Part shown: in pieces, positions 1-12,716 of the stretch | How the letters are laid out: the number at the start of each line of letters is the position of its first letter | Numbering within the stretch: position 1 is the first letter of the stretch | Origin: Cystobasidiomycetes sp. EMM_F5 | Taxonomy: Eukaryota | Assembly (NCBI GenBank): GCA_051047955.1 | Contig: JBPGPT010000033.1 | Coordinates: 124,001-167,939, forward strand | DNA length: 43,939 nt | Direction: 5' to 3' | Program-made: the position numbers and the translations under genes | Notes under the pieces: model-generated | Databases searched by the model: none | What the model was told of the DNA's origin: nothing | The model's input: the letters and a program-made list of their open reading frames with translations, nothing else

Positions 1-730
1 GTGTATGACTGCTTACGGCAGAGGGTCTTTGCCAAAGCGCTCGAAACCGCCACTTGTACTATCGAAGCATTGTCAGACGCCATAGTCCTTCGAAGACCAT
101 CCGCACTGACCGCTGTGCACATTCTCTGTGCTATCCTGCTCGACCGCCGGATATAATTCTCGAAGACTGTGCACTACCGCTTCATCCAGTATTCGGAAAG
201 TCTGGTACGAGTTCGAGTCTGCGGCAGCTGCGCCTTCGAGCTGGAGATCTGGAGAAGGTTGGACAGCACCGCTAGACTTGTGCGTAGCTTTTCGCTGCGC
301 ATGTATAGACGAGTATAGCAGTGTACTGGCACAATGTACATTCCCGTCAATCGCGCGGGCTGAAAGCTTGCAGCATCCCAGCTCACCTCTGTCCTAGACC
401 AGCAGCGTAGATGACCAGATGATTCTCAAACCTCAAAGCCATGTGTGCGTTTGCCAGGACGAGCATACTTCGGACTGCATCTTCAAAGCTGAGCGAGTCG
501 ACGATTTCCTTGCCATCTTGACCGCTCGAGCGAGTCTCGATGCCGCACGCATGCCATGCTAGCGGATTGACGTCGAGCTGATAGTGTCAGCGGAGAGAAT
601 CGTTTGCAAGTCAGCTAGAATAATGGACCGGATCCAGCAGGCCTACTATGATGGCCAATAAATCTGCAGGCGCTGCAGTCTCGCCTTCCACGGCTGATAG
701 AGCAGCTGCAGGACCAGCTGTGGACGCCAT
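1..730 (-). CDS. TFB4: TFIIH subunit Tfb4/p34, 5' part; gene continues past the left edge of the window
   Basis: Spliced by eye: MASTAGP...DLLAII|LDVNPLAWHACG...SMLVLANAHMALRFENHLVIYAAG...SNSYQTFRILDEAV...SSALAKTLC. Matches the Tfb4 vWA-like N-terminus pattern (LD.NP.AW, NAH.A...N). GT-AG introns. Confidence 0.8.
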
Positions 731-934
731 AGTGCGGGAGTCATGAGGACATTTCGGTCGGTTGTGGTGGGGCAAGAAGCAAATACACAGGTCATAACGA
801 GAAATAGTGGTGCGGCACACAGTCATTTCAAAATAGCATCACAATTTACCCTACAATCTGCCCTTCAAGCTCTGTCGCCCGTCGGCTGAGCCTGGCTGAG
901 AGGCTGGAGACTTGGGCGTGCTTCCACCTCTTTC

Positions 935-2603
935 CTAAGCTCCAGTAATAAAGTTGGCGCCCTGCCATACGAAGTGCGATTAGTCACCTTTCTACGCTGG
1001 CACTATGCCATAGATGCCATACCTTGGTGATGTTGCCCTTGAGCTCGCCAACGCATGCCGATAGCAGCTTTTTCTCGTAGTCAGTCAAGCTGCCGAGCGA
1101 GTGGACATCCTTGACACCGTCTGGGCCAAGCTCGACTGGCAGCGAGAAGAAGTCGATGCCCTCTGCTTCTTTGCCAACAAGACCTTCGAGTGCCTTTGGT
1201 GCGTTCGGCGACGCCGAGAGGTGTATGTCTACGAAAGTGGACAGATAAGTACTGGTGAGCCTACTGCCCATCGTAGCATAGTATGTACTCACATGTATCC
1301 TCGATCAAGCCAGACTTGCCGTTGAATTTGGCTTGTAGCAGCGCCTCAGCGAAGCGGAAACCGGCGTAAGCCATCGACAGCTACAAGCGCCAATTGATGT
1401 AAGTCCCAGTACTAAGCCAGTGCAGAACAGCGAGCATGAGCTCACAGTAGCGGAACCTGCGCCGTCCTTGGCCTTGACGACTTCATCACCTCCGAATTGG
1501 ATCCGGTTGACAAGCTTCTCCAGCTCCTCTTGGTTGTCCAGCAGCTTGCTGTCTACGCTTGGCTTGGCCTGCGAGAGGAGCGGGACGATGGTGGTACCAG
1601 AGTGACCTCCGACAACCGGCACAGCATACTTTGGTGCCTCCGTTGGGATGCCGAGAGAAGCGGTTACAAATGTGCTTGCACGGACAATGTCGAGCGTTGT
1701 GACTCCGAAGAGTCTGGGTTGACGTCAGTCAGCGGGACTTTGTAACACCCGTACATGGCCATTTTGCCTACTTTTTAGGGTCAAAGACGTTAGCCTTCTT
1801 CAAGACTTCCGCAACAATGGGCACGGTCGAGTTGACTGGGTTGGAGATGACGCAAATGAAAGCCTTCGGGCAGTTCTCCGCAATGGCAGTAGCGAGATCG
1901 CGAACAATGCCGGCATTGATCTGCCGGTAAGCGACGTAACTCAGCAGTGTCGACGTTTAGAGTAGCGTTGGTATACCTTGAATAGATCATCACGAGTCAT
2001 GCCCGGCTATAAGGAAAGCAACGATTTAAGTCAGCATCGTAGAGCGATGCTAAACATCTCCGCAGATTATACCTTTCGTGGGACACCAGCTGGGATGACT
2101 ACGATGTCTGCATCCTTGAGAGCTTTGGCAAGACCATCGTTCTCCTTTGTGTAGCCGGTAACTACGGACGGCGTGTTGACGTGCGAGATGCTAGTTTTCC
2201 GGACAGTGGAGCTTTAGCTGTGCGACTGGATTCGCAGCAATTGCGCCAGCTCACTCTGCAGCGACACCGATGACGGATGGCACAACGTCAAACAGAGCAA
2301 GCTCCGTGGGGATTTGCGACTGTTTGAGGAGGAGCGACACTGTTGGCAGGACGGGGCATTCATTGTGGGCACGCAGCACATCAGCGTACGAGACGGGCAA
2401 TCCCGTCAACCTCTTGCAATGCTCACATGGCTGTCCAATACCGCCGGCACTACCGAGAACGACTGCTTTGCATCCGCTGTTTGAAGCAGCAGACCATCGA
2501 TATTGCGTATTCGCGCCGGGAAACAAGACCAACAGGGAAGTCGGGCAAGCAGGCTCAGCTCACAGGCTGCTCATCGCATTGTGCGCTACGGAGCTCACGT
2601 CAT
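935..2603 (-). CDS. MDH: NAD-dependent malate dehydrogenase, multi-exon, no N-terminal mitochondrial presequence
   Basis: [85 protein letters not shown]. Last exon 935-961 reads GANFITGA*. Confidence 0.95.
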
Positions 2604-2940
2604 AGTGTAAGGTCTTGCTGGAGTATACTGATCTTGCGGGGGTTTATAGGAAAGCCAGCTATGTGTTGCGTGCAAGAATGGTTAAGGCAGGGGCGAGGCT
2701 GCAACTCAGGCTGTTACAGCTTACTACTGGTTCCGATATGCTGATCTGAACGAGTAACGAGCTTGTGGTCTGTCAACGAGCGACTAACCGGGCGGCGGAA
2801 CTCGCAGCGGTCCGTCAGTCGGTGCCTGGATTCCCCATCATCCTGGCTGTAAGTCACACCGGTATCTCCCGAGAGTTGCATTCAACAACAAGGCACTGAG
2901 ACAGCTAGACTACTGACAGACGAGAACGCTGTGCAATACA

Positions 2941-5900
2941 TCAGAGTCGGCTCACAAATTGACTGGGTCGCTGAGACGGAGCGTCCCGGTAGAGATGCAG
3001 CAGACGGTCTCCAAAGGCGATTTCCAGTGCTTGCCAGACATTCTCCACATACTCAATCTGCACTTCCTCCTTGATCCGAGCGGGAAGATCAGCTACAGCG
3101 TCTTTACGATTGCGTCTAAGGAAGCGAGATGAGCGGGGGGTATAGCTTTGCGCAGGTTGAAAGGCTTACAGAGGCAGCATGACACGCTTTACGCCAGCAC
3201 GGTGCGCACCGAGAACCTTCTCTTTGACACCACCAATAGCTGTAACTTTGCCTACGATTACGTTTCAGCCAGATTCTTTCGCACGCGTTAATTCCAGCCG
3301 ACATACCTCGCAACGAGACCTCGCCGGTCATGCTACACAAAAAGTAATGTCAGTCCTCGTCAGCGGAGTACCGACATGAGCACACTCACGCTAATCGCGG
3401 ATCTATAGTCAACCCAGAGAATAAGCTGACCATGGCCAAGACAAAGGCTACTCCAGCTGACGGGCCATCTTTCGGTATACTGCCAGCTGGCATGTGTACG
3501 TGCAAATTTAGACCTTTTGTCAGATCCTCCTTCTTGTCTGCCGTTAAACCCAGCTCGTATGCATTCGCCTTTATCCAGCTGAGAGCAATCTCGGCAGACT
3601 CCAAGATGACCTTGCCCAGCGACCCTGTCATCCGCAGTCTACCGGATCCTGGGAAACTTGTCACTTCGACAGTCAGTACCCCGCCATTCCCTGATCCCAT
3701 ATACGCTAGACCAGTAGCGGTACCCGGTCTGACACTTTCGAGGGAATCCAGCTCTTCCTCTTCGTGATAGTTCGCTCCGAGAATGGTAGCCAAGTCATCC
3801 TGTGTCACGACTGGATTGTAGCCTGGAATGTCGATTGCATCCAAGCTGGGTCTATCCGACAGTTTATCTCGTACGGTGATGAGTTCGACGGCTTTCGATC
3901 GGACGACAGCGCCGATCTGGCGCTCCAGAGTACGTACGCCAGATTCCCATTGAGCATACCGATGTATCAGGTGCATGAGGACGTCATCGCTGATACTGAC
4001 GTGCCCTGGTTGCAATTGGTTTGCATCCACTTGCTTTGGAAGGAGGAATCGCTTGCCAATTTGCATCTTCTCTACGTCGACATATCCGCTCAAACGAATG
4101 ACCTCCATGCGGTCTCTCAGCGGCGCCGGTATGGTAGAAATGTCATTGGCAGAAGCAATAAAGGTGACACTAGACAGATCGATGGGCGTGTTGATGTAAT
4201 GATCCGTAAATGAGTGGTTCTGTTCCGGATCCAGTACTTCCAGCATCGCAGCTGATGGATCACCCCGTATTTGAGCTCCGCTACTCAACTTGTCGATCTC
4301 GTCTAGTAGGATGACTGGATCGTTGACTCCAACGCGACGAAGAGCCTGTACAAAGTTGCCAGGCATTGCACCAACATAAGTTCGCTTGAAGCCGCGAATC
4401 TCAGCTTCATCGTGCACGCCACCTAGTGCGATACGCGTATATGGTCTACCCAAAGCAGTTGCCAGACTTTTTGCTATACTTGTCTTGCCAACTCCAGGCG
4501 GGCCAAGGAGCAGAAGGATGGGCGCTTTTGACTTTGGCGACCGATTGCGCGGGCTTGCCGCAATGGCTTTTGGCTTGACCGCCGCTTTCGCGCTCTTCTT
4601 GCCACGTTTCGCTGTAGAATCCTTACTGACGACGGCATTGCTTTCCGTTGCAGCAGCAGCTTCATCAATCTTACGCTGAGCTTCCTCCTCTGCAGCGACT
4701 TCGGCCAAGCGTTTCTGCTCCTTGGCTTCCCAGGCTTCGTTCCGTAGCCTGATGACTGCCAGGTATTGCAACAAGCGATCCTTGACCTTGTCAATACCAA
4801 AATGATCGTCATCCAGTTGCTGTCTCGCTTTTACCAAGAAATCAGACTCCATCGCCCTGACCGCTTCTGCAGTTTCGTACGTGCTCTTCTCCCAAGGCAG
4901 AGATGTCATCCAGTCAAGGTAGTTGCTAATGACACTGTGTTCTGCGCTCATAGGCGAGATGTTCTTGAGCCGCTTAAATTCCCGCGTGACAATCTTGCGC
5001 GCGTCTTCTGGCATACTCGATTCATTGATCTTGCGCTCAATAGCCACCATTTCATCTTCCTCCACATCAGCGTCAGCGTCACCGCCCGATTGTCTTGGAC
5101 CTCCCATGATTCTGATGCTGCCCGGACCGTCGTCGGAATCATCGTCCTGACCAGATTTGTGCAAGGCACGGAGCTCTTGATGTATTGCTTCTAGCAAGCC
5201 TCTCAAGACAGCCTCCTTTGTCCGTTTATTCATGTTTTGCGCATATCGCACGCCAATGGCTTCACGCGAATCTAGCTCAGTCTTGAGAATCTCCAGCTGG
5301 CTGATCGCGTGCTCGACACGTTCCTTTGTGCTGTTCAGCGATAAATGTTGCAGTTTCGCAGGATAAGAAGCTGCACGGGATGATGGGAGTAGCGAAGTCA
5401 TGAGAATATCAGACGTCTCGTCTGCTGTTTCGGCGCTATAATTGCGAAGTTGACTACGGAGCCGTTTGACAGCTATTGCAGAGAGTGCTGCTGGAACAGC
5501 TGGGAGAGGCGTGCGAGATGTACCACTGCTGGCGGGTGCACCGAGAATCTCTATGCACTTGTTTGCAACATCAAGGAGCTTGTCTGCCATTTCGGCATCC
5601 ACTGGGGCTGAGTGCAAGTATGTCAGCCACGATGACGGGGATGGAGTAGCATTCTACTACACACCTCCGGTCCGTGGATAGGATGTTACTTGTGCCTCAA
5701 AGAACGGACGTCCAACAGACGTGAACCGGTCCAGATGGATGCGCGTCAGACCTTCGACAATAAGTACGTAGCCAGAGTGTGTAGTGGTGGTTTCATTGTT
5801 TATAGTGACGGTACTAGACATTTTCTCGATGCGGAGAACACGGGCAGCTGTGGACACCAGATGAGCACGTTACGTTGCATCCCGGTCGTCAGTACAGCGC

Positions 5901-6408
5901 TTACCGCACGCCCCTTTTTAAGCAGGTGACAGAATAAAGATTACTTCATCAGCTGTCCGTGCGATATGCGGGTATGTTGTATCTCACATTCGGATAGATC
6001 CCTAACTGACGGCACAAACGAGTCATCCGGAGTCGATGTCGCCAAATGAGCTGGCAGTCTAACAATCTGGAGGGAAGTCTTCGATTTGCTGTGCCCCGCT
6101 TTGTCGTCGTCGCTTGCACCAGCATCGCTTTCCGGCGACCCGGTGTCTTCGTCATGACTTGGGTTACCCTTGTCGGCGGCAGATTTGGCGAGTGCTGCGA
6201 GCTGTATGGGCGTTATGGCCAGGATTGCACTCGTCCGCGACCGCTCTGCGTCCGTCAGCACACTCTGCAGCAGCTGAATGTTCTCTTTGCGTTGGATCTG
6301 GATGGACATTACCCCAGCGGGCAGCAGGACATGCGGTGGGCCAATTGGCAGCACCGGCAGCGTGTCAGGTATGCCATCAGCAGCAGGCGAGCTTCTAGGT
6401 CGCAACAT
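2941..6408 (-). CDS. Peroxisomal Lon protease (LONP2-like)
   Basis: LON N-domain (LPVLP...LLPAGV), Walker [25 protein letters not shown] catalytic Ser motif, MTGEVSLRG. The spliced C-terminus is ...SQFVSRL*, a canonical PTS1. Confidence 0.93.
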
Positions 6409-6625
6409 GGTTGGGGTGAGTCGGAAAGAGAGATGGCCTGAATAGCTGACGCCTCGTTTGGCCACAAGGTAGACATCGGTAATACCGTCAGCGCTATGCA
6501 TTCATGACGTTCAGATGCGTGCTTTGCAGAGCACTCAAGCGTATAGACTACTGCGCTGACGTTGATTTCAACTGCTGCAATTGCTCCTAAAACGACATCA
6601 TACCCTCTTACTTGCGACCACCATC

Positions 6626-7462
6626 TCAAACGAACGGATTCTCTATCGCGCCAAAGCCCTCCACTGGATTGAGAATGACCAGCGCGGTCCCTCGTATCAC
6701 TGCAAGTCCGAGCGTCCTTGTCTGCGCAGGTTGCACAGGCTGCAGAGTGACCGGATCTAGAATATGATTGGAACAGCCGTCTCTCAGCATTTGCGCAGCG
6801 AACGATGCGTAGGGCAGGGTACACACACCCCGTACGACTTCCTCGACATCGTCCAAGACCAGATTGAGCAGAGGATCCCAACCTTTTAAAACGCCTTCGA
6901 CTGTGTTGACGATGACAACAAGCAGCAATCAGCCTGATTGAACAGCTCTTCGCACTGTACCATACTCCCTCTGACGCACCTTCTCTCCCACCAGAGAATT
7001 TGACCCGCACGCGCTTGTCTGCATATCTGTTGTGGTGTTTCAGAGTATATCAAAAGTCGTTGCAGTCGGTCAGTCAGAACACTGGCAGCATGGGTGTCTG
7101 TCAGCGCACTTTGCGAGGTCGAGAATAGCTTCTCGTTTTCGTTGTTCTTGTTGACTGTCGCCATGTCCAGTCCCTCCACCGCCTGAACTGCCGCCTCGAC
7201 CACCTCGCTGCCCTGTAGAGCCGCCTCGACCACTACCACGTCCACCTCTTGAGCCTCCCTAGATTTGAACAATGACGGAAGATATGAGATGTGGTCAGCT
7301 TGACTGCCCTTCCTGTCCATGGTATATTTCTCAAGAGTGCATAATGTTTCGAAGCATAATCGGTGACGATCTTCCATGCCTTCATAGCTGAGCGCAGAGT
7401 CGACCATTGGCTCAGTGTCCGTGAGCGCTGAGACTCACTCGGCCGCCTCCTCTTTCGGACAT
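6626..7462 (-). CDS. LSM7: U6 snRNA-associated Sm-like protein Lsm7
   Basis: MSERGGGR|GGSRGGRG...KREAILDLAK|YADKRVRVKFSGGRE|VEGVLKGWDPLLNLVLDDVEE...RTLGLAVIRGTALVILNPVEG..IENPF; four introns. Confidence 0.92.
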
Positions 7463-7641
7463 GGTTTTTGGCAAGATTGGGTGCAAGTCAAGTGCATATC
7501 AGGTGAAGCAGTCGTAATTCATATGGCAAACATTTTCAGAGTACATCTGATTGCGAAAAGCCATACATGTAGTAGAAAGGGTGAGACACGAATGCTCTGT
7601 TGCAAATTACAGCCCCGCAAACGCCGCACTCAATCTCGCCT

Positions 7642-8301
7642 TTAAGCTTGTTCAAGCTGCCGAAGGAGTACATTAGTAAGGAGCGTTCATGCTAGCCAGC
7701 TCAAGCGTCCTTACTTCCGCCTTGTAGCCTTGTGCCTCTGTCGAGTCGCTGGCTTCGAGGATCTGATGTCGCGCGCGAGATTAGCAGTTAGTCTCCGTCC
7801 CCCATCGATTGTACTCACCGCCAACAATTTGGCGGCGTACTCGGTCTGAGCATCCTCCTGTGACATGCCCTTTTTGGCGTTCCAGGCGTTCCACTTGGCT
7901 TTGCCAGTAAAGTCCATCATGCCTGGCTTGGGAGTGTTGACATCACCAATGGTAGCTCTGTGCGACACAGCCATTCATTGTCAGCAGAAAGCGAGACCCC
8001 ACTCGCGTAGCTCTGCGTACTGCTTGTAGAGCGAGTAGAACTTTTGCAGTCGGTTGCAGTGGTTGTCGGGGGTTGGAAAGATCAGTTGAGGACCGCATAC
8101 AAGCGTCAGTACAAATGCGCCAGAGAAGATTCAAGCAGCCAGCGGCTACCTCGAGCTGCTGAGTAGTATCAGGCTTGACGGGCCCATCCTTGGGCAAAGA
8201 TCCGACAATGGCGACTGTCCGATGCGACGTCAGATTCCAGCATGTCTCCCTTGAGATACCCCCGCCGTACCGGCTTTCTGAAACTTTGCTTCTGCAGACA
8301 T
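7642..8301 (-). CDS. ACB1: Acyl-CoA-binding protein
   Basis: [25 protein letters not shown]...|[32 protein letters not shown]...|LEQA*. Contains the ACBP signature motifs. Confidence 0.92.
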
Positions 8302-8519
8302 TGTGCAATGTTGAGATGGCGAGACTGATTGGCAGAAGGAAAAGGAAAAGAAAGCCTGACCAGCCTCTATCCGTCATAAAGGCCGACCTCGATTGCTCAT
8401 CCGGACTTTGACCTCAGCTCAACTCGCACTGCAGACTGCCGGCTCGACATCAGGACCTCTGCATCACCGACGTAGCTGCGGCGTCGCACTCGGAGCTGCT
8501 CCTGCTCGGTTTCAGCGAG

Positions 8520-10249
8520 ATGGCCGCTCTAAACCAGCCATACGCAGCCAGTCCGGGACAGTCAAGACAAACCCGCTCAGTTTCGCCAAACACTTCAGAC
8601 ACGGACGAAGACCTGCGCCAGACCGACAACACTCCCACGCCCGGCGCCGCTCCCAGCAGCAAGAAGCGCCTGGCCGCTATATCCGAAGTTGAAGGCTCTC
8701 CGGTGACCGACTACTCTGCCGCCAGCGACGACGAGGATGCTACCCCCCATAATGAGCTGCACATGCACAACCTCAGCCTCGAGGAGCAGCAGCGTCGTCA
8801 GGAATATCAAGCCGACTTTGCCGAGAGGCAGCAAATAGGAGGTGGCATGCTGCGGCAGGTCACAATCAAGAGCGGCTATCTGCACAAGAAGGGAGAGAAG
8901 AGAAAGGTAGGATCGGTGCAGTACTGCCGCCCGTCGGTGCCTCGCCTGACCGCTGTCCCAATGTATCTCCGTTCATGCAGACTTGGAAGAAGCGTTATTT
9001 CGTGCTGCGGCCCGACTGGTTGTGCTACTACAAGGATGACAAGGTATGTCAAATACTCTGCTATCGTCGGATGCAATCGGCTGATGTGAGACTGTCCCAG
9101 GAATACCAAATATTACGCCATATTGCCATACCAGAAGTTCATGCCTGCGCTCAAGTCGAAGTGAAACGCTACGATAATTCTTTCGGCATAGTTACTCCAA
9201 AGCGGACATATTACGTACGAGCTTCGTCGCCCACAGAAGCAGAGGATTGGGTGAATAGCATAAACGCAGCTCGTGCAGCCATAGAGCAAGCTAAAGCCAG
9301 TGCAGCGAAAGCGCAGGCTCACACATCACCGCCTCGCCCTCAACCGCAGACTCAAGCTGCACAACCCATTCCTCTTTCGGGTGTCCAGGAAGGCACTTCA
9401 TCCGGTCCCGACACATACTTGTCCTCTTCATTCGCATCCACCGGAACCAGCGGCGAAGCATCCGAAGTGCCTTTGTCGTTGGCCTTGTCATCAAGCGAGG
9501 AGGAAGATGAACCCGGTGCTCCGACACACGCTATGAATGTGCCGCCCACGCCCTCGCCGCAAGCTATCGTTGGTTCATCTGCTCCTGGCACAGGTGGTAC
9601 TCAAGCCCACCGAGCACTGTCCAATATGGAACCCAATCGCGCGATTGTCGCAGGCTATTTGGTGAAGCAGGGCAAACGAAAGTCATGGCGCAAACGCTGG
9701 TTTGTCCTGACGAGTCAACGTCTGATGTACGCGCGCTCGCACGTCGACAGCAGAGTCAACCGCAGTATACCACTCGATCAAATACTGGATGTCATGGAGG
9801 TGTCAGCGCCAGCCAGGGGAAGATCAGCGTCTTCAGCTGGTAACCCAGGGGGACAAGGCGGTAGCAGCACCACATCTCCTTCAATGGGCAATGGAGACGC
9901 AGGACAAGCGCAACGCATGACCAACTGCTTCAAGATTATAACGCCGTCGCGAACGTTTATCGTCTCTGCACCTACGGAGGAAGATGAAATACAATGGCTT
10001 TCAGCTATACGCGTGCTGCTGAATGCTCGTCGCAAGCCTTCTGTCCAAAATCCTCCGCCTCAACAGCTGTCTGTGTCCCCTGCGGCTGTTGCTGCTGCGG
10101 CTGTAGTGTCTGCAAGCCCTGCACCACCACCACAACCACCACAACCTATTGCCCAGGGTGACGAAGAGCGGTACACAGCAAGGGGCAACTACCCGAGTAT
10201 ACATTCAAAGTTTGAAGCGCCTCTGCAAAGCCAGCATATTCCATTCTAA
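8520..10249 (+). CDS. Tandem PH-domain protein (Opy1-like)
   Basis: PH1: KSGYLHKKGEKRK|TWKKRYFVLR...EAEDWVNSI. PH2: AGYLVKQGKRKSWRKRWFVLT...DEIQWLSAI. Introns at ~8908-8980 and ~9043-9100. Confidence 0.85.
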
Positions 10250-10542
10250 TAGCTGTCCGTCAATGTATCATAACTTAGTCTTCTGTCTCACGATTGCAAC
10301 GGCACTTCCAAGCCCAAACAAACCGATCGATTGCAGTCTTGAAGGTGACCGTCTCGCTCTTGCTACACGTTCACCTTGCGATAATCTGTACAGTGCACGA
10401 GATGGACCAACTTTGGGGGGCAGGGTCAGTGGGGTATTTGATGTCGCAGTCTGCGTCTTAAGGGCTGACAGGGGCGGTCTTTCGTGTCTGACAATGTCGC
10501 AGAGGCTTTCGCCCGCAAGACGTAGCTCGAGCCATCGAGGAA

Positions 10543-12002
10543 ATGGGACGGGTTTCTGTCGAGCGAGAACGGCGCAAGCTCATGGAGCAGTATAATTATG
10601 ACCTTCAGCTAAAGGAGCGCGAACTACGCCAGAGATCCGCAATATACGTGGACACTTACAAGAGGAAGCAAGAGCAGCGACTTCGCCATCAGTATCCGGA
10701 TTTCTTTGGCCCCAAAGGTCCCGGAGCTGCCTTACTCTCGGGAGGAGATTTTGCCAACGATGGCGCAGGCCTCGCATCCGCTGTGAACCCGCAGGCCGTG
10801 GCCAGCTTTACATCAGTTACTGGGGACTCGGGTTGAGTGCTACTGACATCAGAAAGTTGAATCGCGCTGACGAGATGTATGTCAGTTCCAGGATATACAG
10901 TTGACCGAGTCTTTGGTTCGCTTAGCTCTTCCCACGTGTATATGTAAGCTTTTCTCAGCGGACGGCGCGCAGAAAAGGCAACCAGCTGATCACATCCGGT
11001 ATATGCAGGGATCCAGATACCGACGAGCTGGATCAGATGGATAGCGCCGCGATTGCACAGCGAGACAAATTGGCACGAGACACTGCCCAAGCTCAGCTCG
11101 TCCGCAAAGCAATCGCAACGGGCGCAAACGCCTTGATAGCAATTCGATTCGACCGGAGTCCGCGATTTGCGCATGCGTACGAAATTATGGCGTACGGAAC
11201 AGCCGTCAAGATTAAAAAGGAAGAGAATAAACCGAGCGTCAAGGAGGGCAACAAACATGGAGAAGTGAGCGGCTGCAGACTAAGCGAGTTCGTTGAGAGA
11301 TCTCTCTGAGGGAAGGAACAGCTTGACCCAGCAGATCTACTGCGATGGGCTTTGACAGGCGAGACGAAAACGTCCAAAAAGCAGGCTGCTCAACCCAAGG
11401 TGAGTTTCATCAGCTCATCTATCCACTCCGTAATCATGGGTCATTCGTGGTCGTAGAAAGAAGAGTTTACGTATGCCCAGCTGAAGGCTGTGGTCAACTT
11501 GATCGCGGATGGGTATCAGCCTCCAAAGCCAGAAACAAGCTCAGCATGGTCTAGTAACTACGGCAATAACAACAACGACTCTAATACCAGTTGGAATCAG
11601 GGCGGCACTGGGGGAGGTGGTGGAGCTTGGAACGGCCCGAAGTGGGGCGGATGGGCAGAAGAGCTCAGTGAAGATGAAGAGGAAGAAGACGACAGAGGCG
11701 ACGGGAAGAAGAAGGAGAAGCAGAGTACAGGGTGGGGTATTGCCGACAAGCCCATCTATGATGGACCAGGCCAGTGGATACACAAGCCTACGACAAAGAA
11801 GCCAGAAATGAACCGCCGTCTTGATCGCTTCTACACCCACGAGGACTGGAAGAAGGAGAGTCCGCTCCTAGCAGATACTCTGCTGAGCGGCAAGACGTCG
11901 AGCAGAAGAGACCGAAAAGGGAAGAAGTCCTCTCGTCGGCACTACAGTAGTCCTTCGGAGGACGAAGATGCGGGAAGCTTCAGCTGGGAGAAGCATGTCT
12001 GA
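10543..12002 (+). CDS. Protein with a YbjQ/UPF0145-like domain plus a low-complexity Trp/Gly/acidic tail
   Basis: Spliced: FTSVTGDS|VPGYTVDRVFG...ARDTAQAQLVRKAIATGANALIAIRFD...EIMAYGTAVKI, which resembles the UPF0145 motifs GANA...RFD and AYGTAV. The exon joins in the 3' half are approximate. Confidence 0.65.
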
Positions 12003-12184
12003 CAGGTGTATGCATGTTGACAGGAGGTTGGAGTCGGTCTACTATGACTTTGTTGCGTGTTGTTTGTGCGAAGGTTGGCTACCGGTAGACCGGCAATGAT
12101 GATGATCGTCATGAAAGGTGAAAGGACATCCTCACTACTCATGCATCTGTGCAATCAAGAGTCTGCCGCAATTCCGCATACAAA

Positions 12185-12716
12185 ATGTGAGCAGAGCGGT
12201 ACTGTACTGAAACGGCACGCACTGACTGAGCTGCCGCCGCAGGGCCCTCGCACTCGAGTCTCATCCAAGCTCAAAGTTGTTTGACGACTTGGCCGACAGT
12301 CTGGCCAAAAGCGATGACAAAGAGAAGAAGGAGATGCTCAAGAAAGTGAATGGCATCTTTGAATTGAAGCTCACGAATGCAGCTGGCGTCACGGAGACAT
12401 GGGTCATTGAGATGAAAAAGGTGCGTATGTATTTACAACTTTGAATCACTCTGACTGACCATCGCCTGCGGGCATTGTTTTGTTACTGCATAATCCCCGT
12501 CAACAGAAAGGCGAGGTCGTGCGCATCAAGGACGGCCAGCCAAAGATCAAACCAGACGTGACGATATCCCTGAGCGATGAGACCTTTTCGCAACTAGCTA
12601 GCGGCAGCCTGAACGGGCAGAAGGCATTTATGTCTGGCAAGCTCAAGGTCAAGGGACAGATTATGCTCGCTACCAAGCTCGATACCGTCCTCAAGAACGC
12701 CAAAGCCAAGTTGTAG
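12185..12716 (+). CDS. SCP2 sterol-carrier / nonspecific lipid-transfer protein, peroxisomal
   Basis: AT|G split by intron 12187-12242. Reads MALALESHPS...KVNGIFELKL...WVIEMKK|...PDVTISLSDETF...GQKAFMSGKLKVKGQIMLATKL...AKL* (PTS1). Confidence 0.9.

Noticed and set aside
2941..6408. Bacterial or mitochondrial Lon
   Set aside because: Spliceosomal introns and a C-terminal SRL indicate the peroxisomal paralog.
7590..7660. Cryptic PTS1 on ACBP (KARL-like sequence after the stop)
   Set aside because: ARL is not followed by a stop in that frame (it continues SAAFAGL*), and readthrough of the real stop gives RRD*.
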